The notes under the pieces: generated by a model
Told to the model about the DNA's origin: nothing
Database searches by the model: none
The model's input: the letters and a program-made list of their open reading frames with translations, nothing else
Program-made: the position numbers and the translations under genes
Shown: positions 18,042 to 25,765 of the stretch, piece by piece
Layout: each line of letters starts with the position of its first letter
Position numbering within the stretch: position 1 is the first letter of the stretch
From: Candidatus Latescibacterota bacterium
Lineage (GTDB): Bacteria > Latescibacterota > UBA2968 > UBA8231
Reading direction: 5' to 3'
DNA: 64,000 bases
Assembly: GCA_965203175.1 (NCBI GenBank)
Contig: OZ241867.1
Coordinates: forward strand, 1,856,001-1,920,000

Positions 18042-19072
18042 GAAGAATTCTCCTCACCATCGCTTGATCTTGGTCGGCTAGCACGATTTCCTGCTCCCCG
18101 TTCCTTCGCAGACTCCCGTTGATACGCATCGGCCCAGTGCGTTGCGGCGCATTCGCGGCCTTCGTTGCCAAGCGCACTGGCGATGGCCTCGCGCACCCCT
18201 TGGGGCTGAATGTGCGGAAAGGTCTGCAGGGCTGCGTCGTCGCGGACGACCGTCGGGTGGCGAATGCTGTCGATCAGTTTGCGTCCAATCCGGGCGTACA
18301 AGGGCGTCACCAGACCGAGCCAGAGGCTAGAAAGGCGCGGCGTCAACAACGGCACGGGAATCATCAGCCGCCTGAGCCGGCGCTGCCGCGCGTACTCCCG
18401 CATCAAGTCGCCGTAAGAAACCGAATCGGGACCGCCGATTTCAAAAATCGCATGGTCATCGGTTTTTAAGTCGAGTGCGGCCGAGAGATATTGCAGCAGA
18501 TCGTCAATCGCTATTGGCTGTGCAGTGACGTTCACCCAACGCGGAGTGATCATCACGGGAAGCCGCTCCACCAGCGAGCGAATCATCTCAAACGACAAAC
18601 TGCCAGAACCAATGACAATAGAGGCGCGAAACTCGACGACCTGCACTCCCGATGCGCGCAGGACCTCGGCGACCTCCTGCCGGCTTCTAAGATGCGGGGA
18701 CAGCTCCCCACTCGTTTCGCCGAGACCGCCGAGATAGATAATCCGCCCGACGCCCGCTCTCTGCGCCTCTGCACCAAAGTTGTGCGCGGCCCGGCGGTCC
18801 TGTTCCTCGAAATCGCCCTTTGAACCCATGGAGTGGACCATGTAGTAGGCAATCTCGACGCCGTCCATCGTCCCTGTGAGGCTTTCGCGGTCGAGGACGT
18901 TGCCGCTGATTACTTCCGTCGTTGGCCCAACGCAAGATTGGAGTGCCTCGGGACGCCGAGTTACACAGCGCACCCGATGCCCGGCATTTTCCAACACGTG
19001 CAACAGCCGCCCGCCGATATAGCCGGTCGCGCCCGTCAAGAGAATGGGCGAAGTCGCTGACGGTGTAGGCAC
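18038..19072 (-). CDS. Atypical SDR NAD(P)H-binding protein (YbjT-like), apparently C-terminally truncated
   Basis: LLTGATGYIGG, YYMVHSM, HLRSRQEV, IIGSGSLSFE-like and QPIAIDD motifs; ends in a low-complexity tail. Confidence 0.8.
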   Translation of the reverse strand: MPTPSATSPILLTGATGYIGGRLLHVLENAGHRVRCVTRRPEALQSCVGPTTEVISGNVLDRESLTGTMDGVEIAYYMVHSMGSKGDFEEQDRRAAHNFGAEAQRAGVGRIIYLGGLGETSGELSPHLRSRQEVAEVLRASGVQVVEFRASIVIGSGSLSFEMIRSLVERLPVMITPRWVNVTAQPIAIDDLLQYLSAALDLKTDDHAIFEIGGPDSVSYGDLMREYARQRRLRRLMIPVPLLTPRLSSLWLGLVTPLYARIGRKLIDSIRHPTVVRDDAALQTFPHIQPQGVREAIASALGNEGRECAATHWADAYQRESAKERGAGNRASRPRSSDGEENSS

Positions 19073-19087
19073 TGGTTTTTCCCGCTA

Positions 19088-19145
19088 ATTTGACTGTGTA
19101 TCGTCATTTTTCACAACAATTTGACGACAACATATACATTTTTCA
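19088..19145. repeat. Direct repeat A, copy 1 (copy 2 at 24630-24688)
   Basis: 56 of 59 aligned positions identical by manual alignment; contains the inverted repeat TCGTCA-N15-TGACGA. Confidence 0.9.
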
Positions 19146-19156
19146 TTCATCCTACA

Positions 19157-19202
19157 GTCAGGTCTCGTCCATCCACCACAGCTACGGTACGCTATTCTTC
19201 TC
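19157..19202. repeat. Direct repeat B, copy 1 (copy 2 at 25140-25184)
   Basis: About 39 of 46 positions identical by manual alignment; shared core GTCTCGTCCATCCACC. Confidence 0.8.
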
Positions 19203-19364
19203 TTCGGCATGGGGCACTTCCTCGCTGCGAATGAAACCATTACAAAGGGCACAATGAATGACCCGCAGGGCTAGTTCCTTCCCTTTGGACGTGCGGCGCG
19301 GGGGCTCAAGGACAATGCGCGTGTTGGTGGCGCGGCGGCAGTGGGGGCAATAGGTAGTGGACAT
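19182..19364 (-). CDS. Small zinc-ribbon protein (60 aa)
   Basis: CPHC and CALC pairs; GGAGGA RBS upstream of the ATG at 19364; directly downstream of the SWIM gene. Confidence 0.65.
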   Translation of the reverse strand: MSTTYCPHCRRATNTRIVLEPPRRTSKGKELALRVIHCALCNGFIRSEEVPHAEEKNSVP

Positions 19365-19395
19365 GGATAATCCTCCGCAAAAGTTGCCAATGGGA

Positions 19396-21372
19396 TTACG
19401 TGTTGATAATTCGCCGACGCCCACCTTTCAGCCGGTCTAGTACCTCCAGACATCGCGGCCGACGATGGTTTTCCTCTCGCAAGGAAGCCAAATACACTTC
19501 CCATTCCTGCTTGCGACCAGCCCGCGTGAGCGCATTTTTCATTTTTCGCAAATAGGGAGTTGCTGCTTCGTATCCACTCGTACTGACTCGGGCGATATTG
19601 CTCTCCGCAGTTTCCTTCCATATAGCTATCGCCCGACCCGGGTAGGCCGACTTGATGGCCTCAGCCACCTCGGTGGCATCGACAAGGAAGTCAGACAGTC
19701 CCAATCCACCCTTTTTGCGGCCAGCATAGTCGTACCACTTGAGCACCTCGTCTGGCTGCTTTTCGGCAATAGCCAACTGAGTTAGTATCCCGGTCATGGG
19801 TGCCTCTATTGCCTCGATATTGGGCACCTCGACTTCAGGAGGCGGCAGGGGCCAAGCTACCTTCGGATCGCTCTTGCGTTTTCGACCAACACCGGGTCGT
19901 CGGCCAGTTTCCAGATAGTGCCGCGCCCAAGCCTCGACGCCTTGGCCGACGCGCACCTTGCGAGCGGCTTTGCACAAATCCTGAAAACCGGCTAGATAAG
20001 GCTCGGCAAAAAACTCCTCGGCCTGAAGGGCCAACCCAGCGAGCGGATTGCCACTGCGCCAATTAATCGTCTGTAGCTGCTTGTGCATGGCCGTTTCAAT
20101 GCCCGGATAGATGGAGGCGACCGCCTCAATCCCCTGATGACACCAGCGCCGGGCCTCTTCCCAGCGGCGTTTGGCCATCAAGTAATCCACCAAGCGTTCA
20201 TAGCTCAAAGTAATGGGTGCTTCGCGCTCGCACAGCGGGATGATCTCGTCTTGGCGGCCGGCCTTTTCCAAGGCGAGAATCAGCCAGTCGGTCAGTCGGT
20301 CCCGCTCGTAGTGCAGTTCCTCCTTAGTGTCCTTGGAGGTCTCGATACGCTGCGCTAGCCGATCACTCACCGCGGACCAATCGCTTTTGGCGTAGCGTCT
20401 TTTCCACAGTTGATCCAAGCCAGCGTCGCACAGTCCGTATTCGTCGGCCAGTGCCATATTTAAGGCCCATTCTACTTGGTCTGCTGGCGACAGAGACGAT
20501 TTTTCCAAGACTTGAAAAAGAACATCGAGGCAGTCGGAGAACGCCGCTTCGAATTCGCCTTCGCTATCGTACTGTAGTGCTTGGTGGGCTGTGGCCAATA
20601 GCTCCGGCCCCAGTCGCACGGCCGCGTCGGCCTGTCCGGCTTGCGCCAGCCCTTTGAGCGCCGCCTTGAGGCGATCCGTGTTAAGCGCAGGGGAGTTGCC
20701 GTATTCGTCCCATACCGGCTCTTCTAAGGTACTGATCTCGCGGCGGATCGTCTGGAAAATTTTGTCAGTCTGCCCCGAGGTTAAGTCTCGGCGGTCGGCG
20801 ATCAACTGGCGCACCGCGTCATGCGCGTCCGCGAGTTCCATCACCAGCGCTACGAGTTCGGCTTTGGTCTGCTCTTGGAGGTACGGACGCAGAGAAGCTG
20901 TCTTGAATTTTGACCGCCCGGAACGCACCTTGACGTTTTCTTCCTCCTCTTCCTCGGCGAATTCCTCGTATTCGTCGCCTTCATCCCCTATCGCTTCTAG
21001 TTTCAACAAGCGCGGATCGTCCTCGTCAATTTCGCCAATAGCACTATCAGTCTTGAGGCGTTCCAAGTATTCCAGTACCACCGCCACCGCGTGCTTGCAG
21101 GTATCCCAATAGGGACAGGTGCAGGCGGATTCCAAGCCGTTCCTCTCGGTAAGACGCACTCGGGTGGCATAGCGCCGCGTTCCTCTCACCCAAGCTGCCA
21201 ACGTCCCGCCCTCAGTGCGTCCCAAGTTTTCAACCGCTCCGTTTCTCTGATAAGGGCGTCCTCGTCCGACTATGACGTTGCCCGCCCATTCCTCTAGGTC
21301 TTCCCAAGTGAGTTTCGAGAATGGGTCGGAAGACTTTTGCTTCTTAGTGGTTTTCTTTTTTTGCCGCGCCAT
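19396..21372 (-). CDS. SWIM zinc-finger protein with helical-repeat C-terminus
   Basis: CTCP....CKHAVAVVL SWIM motif preceded by RGRPY and VRGTRRY; acidic linker. Confidence 0.85.
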   Translation of the reverse strand: MARQKKKTTKKQKSSDPFSKLTWEDLEEWAGNVIVGRGRPYQRNGAVENLGRTEGGTLAAWVRGTRRYATRVRLTERNGLESACTCPYWDTCKHAVAVVLEYLERLKTDSAIGEIDEDDPRLLKLEAIGDEGDEYEEFAEEEEEENVKVRSGRSKFKTASLRPYLQEQTKAELVALVMELADAHDAVRQLIADRRDLTSGQTDKIFQTIRREISTLEEPVWDEYGNSPALNTDRLKAALKGLAQAGQADAAVRLGPELLATAHQALQYDSEGEFEAAFSDCLDVLFQVLEKSSLSPADQVEWALNMALADEYGLCDAGLDQLWKRRYAKSDWSAVSDRLAQRIETSKDTKEELHYERDRLTDWLILALEKAGRQDEIIPLCEREAPITLSYERLVDYLMAKRRWEEARRWCHQGIEAVASIYPGIETAMHKQLQTINWRSGNPLAGLALQAEEFFAEPYLAGFQDLCKAARKVRVGQGVEAWARHYLETGRRPGVGRKRKSDPKVAWPLPPPEVEVPNIEAIEAPMTGILTQLAIAEKQPDEVLKWYDYAGRKKGGLGLSDFLVDATEVAEAIKSAYPGRAIAIWKETAESNIARVSTSGYEAATPYLRKMKNALTRAGRKQEWEVYLASLREENHRRPRCLEVLDRLKGGRRRIINT

Positions 21373-21488
21373 TTTCGTTCATTCCCCTACTCTTGGATAG
21401 CGATGTTGGGGCTTCTTATATCAATTGTCCTAATAAGGGCCGTATGCGACATTCCTACAACGGGCGTTCAGGGAAGGTATGGCGAGAG

Positions 21489-23456
21489 ATGGAGACGAGA
21501 AACGAGAAAATTAGGGCAAAGACAGCCGCCGTCCGTGCGTGGCTAATGGTCCTTCTGCCAGCCCTCGTGGCTCCCGCCCAGGGCCTGCAGGTGAAGGGCT
21601 TCACCAGCGCGGCGGTTCAGGAGGCCGTGTCCAGAGCCTCCGCCGGGGACACACTGGTGTTTCCAAGAGGAGAGTACCTGTTCACCGAGACGGTCGTCAT
21701 CGACAGGAGCATCACCCTTCTCGGCGCGGCCAAACTCGTGGACGTGGGCGAGGTCGAGCCGGGAGAGCCGAATGACCCGCCGTACTGGGACTCCTCTCCC
21801 TCCGTGTGCTACACCGAAGACAGCGACCTCGACCTGTTCCACGTGGCGAGCGACGCCGCGACCTTCAAAAGCCTCAAGCTCGTGGGGGCCATTACCCACG
21901 AGGCGGGAACCGGAGACGGCATCGCCGTTGTCGGGCACGACCAGCTCGAAATCGACAACTGCGAAATCACCCGCTTCCGCAAGGGCATCGACTTCATGAA
22001 CTCCCACAGGGGCGTAGTCACCGGAAGCTACCTGCACGAGAACTATCGCAATGGCTTCGGCTATGGGATCAGCATTACGGGGCCGACCATGGCCACCGGC
22101 GGTTCCGAGGTTGCCATATCGCGCAACGAATTCACCTTCAACCGCCATTCCATTGCCTCTAACAGCCCGCAGACCCGGTTCACCGTGGAGAACAACTACT
22201 TCCACGACAACGATCTAGAGCAGTGGCAGGCCTGCGTCGATACCCATCCCCAGGGCGGGTACGCGATTCGAGCCGTGGTCCGCGACAATATCTTCGAGCG
22301 CACCCGGCCCATGGCCTTCAAGAGCGGCAGCCTAGAGATCACTGGGAACTACTTCGATCCCGGTTGCGGAGACTACTCGGTCGGCGGGTACTCCCGGATG
22401 CTGGACTTCGGCGAACCAACGCACAACGGCAATCACATCGCCGAAGCCGTGCTCCACAACATCTACATAGGAGATAACGTGAACGCCACGGATCCGTGGC
22501 GCCGACTGCTGTGGGTGGACGACTACGACTACGAAGGGGAGACGAAATTCGTGGCCTACAACCTGTTCGTCGACGGCCGACTCTTCAAGTACAACAGCGC
22601 CCTGAGTTCTGCGCCCCGCCATCCCTTCCCCGACTCGAGCCCCAGTCCTTTCGTCGGACACATGTATGTCACCCTGCCCGGCGCAGAGGAGCGAGTCGAT
22701 ACCCTCGAAACCAACACTTGGTACGACCTGTACGCGCTGGCCGTCGACCCTCAGGGAGCGCATGACATCGCCGAGATCGGCGTCCAGCTCATCAGCTCCG
22801 GGCACCTCGCCACCGGCGATCGCATGGCTCTGGAGGAATTCTCAGTCAGTGACAGCTATTTCATTCGCGGTGCCAGCGAGTCCGTGTATGCGAGGGAGGA
22901 GGAGGGTTCATCGGATTGGACGGACCTCACGGGGATCGAGGGCCTGTACGTCGATGGCACAGAGACGGCCTGGGGAACCTCCGGCCGCGACCGCATTCGC
23001 TTCACAGCGCGATTTAGGGTGTCGGATCAGGCCCTCGGGGGAAAGTGGCGCATGTTCGGGTATGCCCGCGATCAGGACGGCAATCTGCCTGTCGCACCCT
23101 GGCACGAGTTGCTGGAGGGCTGGCCCATAGAGGTCAATAACCACGTGGCGACATCGATAACCAGCACTGCCTCGGACCAAGTGGCACCCCAGAAGACGAG
23201 GCTCGATAGCATCTACCCAAATCCCTTCAATCCAGTCACCACGATCCACTTCACGCTCTCGGAGCCGCAGCACGTGACGCTATCGGTCTACACTCTCACG
23301 GGGCAGCTAATGGAGACGCTGTTCAGCGAGACCAGGAGCCGAGGGAGTCACTCTGCGACGTGGGATGCCTCGGACCGGGCTTCGGGCGTCTACCTGTGCA
23401 GGCTGACCGGGGCTGACCAGCTCTCGCAGGTGCAGAAGATGGTCCTGATAAAATGA
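21489..23456 (+). CDS. Secreted right-handed beta-helix protein with a C-terminal FlgD/T9SS-like sorting domain
   Basis: Signal peptide; beta-helix repeats (IDNCEI, VENNYFHDN, VRDNIFE); C-terminal YPNPFNP...WDA...SGVYLCRL...KMVLIK. Start uncertain. Confidence 0.8.
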   Translation: METRNEKIRAKTAAVRAWLMVLLPALVAPAQGLQVKGFTSAAVQEAVSRASAGDTLVFPRGEYLFTETVVIDRSITLLGAAKLVDVGEVEPGEPNDPPYWDSSPSVCYTEDSDLDLFHVASDAATFKSLKLVGAITHEAGTGDGIAVVGHDQLEIDNCEITRFRKGIDFMNSHRGVVTGSYLHENYRNGFGYGISITGPTMATGGSEVAISRNEFTFNRHSIASNSPQTRFTVENNYFHDNDLEQWQACVDTHPQGGYAIRAVVRDNIFERTRPMAFKSGSLEITGNYFDPGCGDYSVGGYSRMLDFGEPTHNGNHIAEAVLHNIYIGDNVNATDPWRRLLWVDDYDYEGETKFVAYNLFVDGRLFKYNSALSSAPRHPFPDSSPSPFVGHMYVTLPGAEERVDTLETNTWYDLYALAVDPQGAHDIAEIGVQLISSGHLATGDRMALEEFSVSDSYFIRGASESVYAREEEGSSDWTDLTGIEGLYVDGTETAWGTSGRDRIRFTARFRVSDQALGGKWRMFGYARDQDGNLPVAPWHELLEGWPIEVNNHVATSITSTASDQVAPQKTRLDSIYPNPFNPVTTIHFTLSEPQHVTLSVYTLTGQLMETLFSETRSRGSHSATWDASDRASGVYLCRLTGADQLSQVQKMVLIK

Positions 23457-23479
23457 CTGGTTCCCGTTTCGCGCGGGGC

Positions 23480-24631
23480 TTATGGCCACAGAGCATCGGC
23501 GGCCAACAGGTTGGAAAATTGCGAAAATGGCAGAATCTCGATGCCATCTGCCGTTTGTAACTCAGGCCCTTCGGGATAGACGACAATGCGTCGGCACAAA
23601 CCTTCTAAGTCGGCTAGCACTCTCAACCCTTTGCACCAAGATTCGGCAAATGTACTGCCGGACTTGACCTCAATGGCGACGAATTCTCCCCCGCGTTTGA
23701 GCAGGAAATCGACCTCAGTTTGGGTTTGCGCAACAGTTGCCCAATAGAAGCATTCGTCACACAGATTGCGATAGTCTGTGTACGACCGAATCAACTGTGC
23801 AATCAGCCCTTCAAATAGGACACCGCGTTCCTCTGGTGTTGGAGGCGTCGTGACCTTTTTCATGGCTCGCACAATACCGGGGTCACACCAATACCATTTG
23901 GGCAATTTGCGTTCGCGCACGCGCAATCGGGTCTCATAGGCAGGAAGCTGAAAGCAGAGGAGCGTTTCCTCTAGGATCTCCAGATAACCCGTCACCGTCG
24001 TGCGGGCAACTTGAGCTTCTCTGGCAATGTTGGTCACGTTCAAGGTCTGACCGTGAAAGAGCGCCGCAACGGGCAGAAAGCGCGCGAATCCCGGCAGGTT
24101 GCGCACTAGGGCCTCGGCTTGAATCTCTTCTTTGAGATACATCTGCGTACAGGCAATGAGCGTCTCTGCTCTGTCCTGTGAATCCCATACAATGGGCAGC
24201 AAACCGTGTTGCAAAGCGTCGTCGAGTGCGAATTGTTCTCCCAATTCTTCGGGAATAAAGGGGTGCATCGCGCGATACAGGGCGCGCCCTGCGAGCAGGT
24301 TGACACCTGCCTGTTTGAGCTTTCTCGCGCTCGACCCGCACAAAACAAAGCGCAGCCCCCTTTCTTCTATAAAACGGTGTACTTCATTGAGCAGCGCCGG
24401 CAGTCTCTGCATTTCGTCTAAAACCACCCAGCGGTCGCCGGGCACAGCCCGCAGTTCGGCGGCTAGGAGCCCTGGATTTGCAAGCAGGCGCTGGTACGTA
24501 TCCTCGGCGAGCAAATTGATGACGTGCGCATCGGGAAAAGCGATCCGCAAATAGGTGCTTTTTCCAACGCCGCGCGGTCCTAAGAGAAAGAAGCTTTTTT
24601 TAGGGGCTTCAAATATACGTGGAATCGTCAT
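23480..24631 (-). CDS. AAA_14 ATPase with DUF4143 and a C-terminal PD-(D/E)XK-like domain
   Basis: GPRGVGKST Walker A, LDEMQ Walker B, GSSA, LAGRA, KWYWCDPG and EVDF...IEVKS. Confidence 0.9.
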   Translation of the reverse strand: MTIPRIFEAPKKSFFLLGPRGVGKSTYLRIAFPDAHVINLLAEDTYQRLLANPGLLAAELRAVPGDRWVVLDEMQRLPALLNEVHRFIEERGLRFVLCGSSARKLKQAGVNLLAGRALYRAMHPFIPEELGEQFALDDALQHGLLPIVWDSQDRAETLIACTQMYLKEEIQAEALVRNLPGFARFLPVAALFHGQTLNVTNIAREAQVARTTVTGYLEILEETLLCFQLPAYETRLRVRERKLPKWYWCDPGIVRAMKKVTTPPTPEERGVLFEGLIAQLIRSYTDYRNLCDECFYWATVAQTQTEVDFLLKRGGEFVAIEVKSGSTFAESWCKGLRVLADLEGLCRRIVVYPEGPELQTADGIEILPFSQFSNLLAADALWP

Positions 24632-24699
24632 TTGACTATGTTATCGTCATTTTTCACAACAATTTGACGACAACATATACACTTTTCACAGACTGTCAA
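24630..24699 (-). promoter_or_regulatory. Promoter/operator of the AAA-DUF4143 gene (includes repeat A copy 2)
   Basis: Minus strand TTGACA-N16-TATGTT, then a TCGTCA/TGACGA palindrome, then the ATG. Confidence 0.55.
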
Positions 24700-24741
24700 G
24701 TTATGGATGAACGACAACGGAGCTAGCACGGCTCGGTTTCT

Positions 24742-25125
24742 TTATTTGGCATCGATCTCTTCCAGCCGCGAGAGGCGCTGATCCATATTGTCGAGGAAGG
24801 GCTTGGGATCGTCGATGAACATCCGGGGAGAGTTCAACCGACGGCTCTGGATTTGGTGATGACGCTCTAAAGTCCTGAGACTCATCTCCAATTCTCGGAG
24901 GGCCCGATGCATCTCAAAGTGGAGTCGTCTGGGACGGCGTACCCGCAGGGCCGGCTGACCGGCGCGCTTGTAGAGCTGGCGCAGTCGGTCGGCTAGTTGT
25001 TCCAGCCGTTCGCGATTCTTTTCTTCGATCCCTCCGCAATACAGGGCTATGAATATGGCTAAAGAGAAGGCTATGAATATGGCTAAAAAGGATGAGAAAT
25101 ACCAGCTAAAATAGATTGGTTCCAT
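24742..25125 (-). CDS. Hypothetical protein with N-terminal transmembrane helix and coiled coil
   Basis: AGGAGG RBS; hydrophobic N-terminus with duplicated LAIFIA; upstream TTTACA-N18-TACAAT promoter. Confidence 0.65.
   Translation of the reverse strand: MEPIYFSWYFSSFLAIFIAFSLAIFIALYCGGIEEKNRERLEQLADRLRQLYKRAGQPALRVRRPRRLHFEMHRALRELEMSLRTLERHHQIQSRRLNSPRMFIDDPKPFLDNMDQRLSRLEEIDAK
25045..25087. repeat. 24-bp period tandem duplication inside the TM-coding region
   Basis: GGCTATGAATATGGCTAAA at 25045 and again at 25069. Confidence 0.85.
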
Positions 25126-25139
25126 AACAACCTCCTAGG

Positions 25140-25194
25140 GTCAAGTCTCGTCCATCCACCGCACTATTGTACCCTATCCTTCTCTCCATTGTAA
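25140..25194 (-). promoter_or_regulatory. Promoter and leader of the 127-aa gene (includes repeat B copy 2)
   Basis: Minus strand TTTACA-N18-TACAAT, then a leader leading to the AGGAGG RBS. Confidence 0.55.
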
Positions 25195-25265
25195 AGAGCA
25201 CAGTGGAGGATCCGGCAGCGAATCGCGAAGCTTCGCGTTGGGCGCTAGCAATTTCTTCTTACAAT

Positions 25266-25285
25266 TATACTAATAAACTAGTACA
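25266..25285. promoter_or_regulatory. GntR/YtrA-type operator palindrome
   Basis: TATACTA-ATAAAC-TAGTACA immediately upstream of the GntR start; resembles YtrA-subfamily boxes. Confidence 0.6.
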
Positions 25286-25294
25286 TTAGTTCAC

Positions 25295-25675
25295 ATGCAG
25301 GTTAGCATCAACTTGCGTGACCGCACTCCCATTTACATCCAACTGGAGCGGGGGTTGAGAGCGGCGATTGCCGCAGGACGCCTCCGTGCTGGTGATCAGT
25401 TGCCGACGGTTCGGCAACTCGCAGGCGATCTCCGCGTCAATGCGAACACAGTCGCGCGCGTGTACAGCGAACTCGAGCGCGCCGGCGTACTCGAAACCCG
25501 GCGAGGGGTAGGCTCGTTCGTCAGCGCCACCCGGGCGCAGGCCCGGCCACGACGTGAACGCGACCGCCGCCTGAGCGCGTTCGTCACGCGGCTGCTGGCC
25601 GATGCCGAAGCCGAGGGGTTTACCAGCGACGACGTCCTGACGGCGCTTCGCGCACATGTACAGGGAGGAACATAG
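25295..25675 (+). CDS. GntR family regulator, YtrA subfamily
   Basis: PIYIQL...LPTVRQLA...VNANTVARVYSELE..G...TRRGVGSFV; short C-terminal helices; 126 aa. Confidence 0.92.
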   Translation: MQVSINLRDRTPIYIQLERGLRAAIAAGRLRAGDQLPTVRQLAGDLRVNANTVARVYSELERAGVLETRRGVGSFVSATRAQARPRRERDRRLSAFVTRLLADAEAEGFTSDDVLTALRAHVQGGT

Positions 25676-25765
25676 GTACAGCAACTTATTGATCAGCGTT
25701 CGAACCCGTGGAGTCGGTCGAGATGCGAGACGTCGGATGGACTCCGCAGAGAGGGAATTGAGGAG

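Noticed and set aside
17460-25200. Integron, prophage or IS element explaining the accessory region
   Set aside because: No integrase, transposase or phage genes; genes are in mixed orientation and no attC-like sites were recognised.
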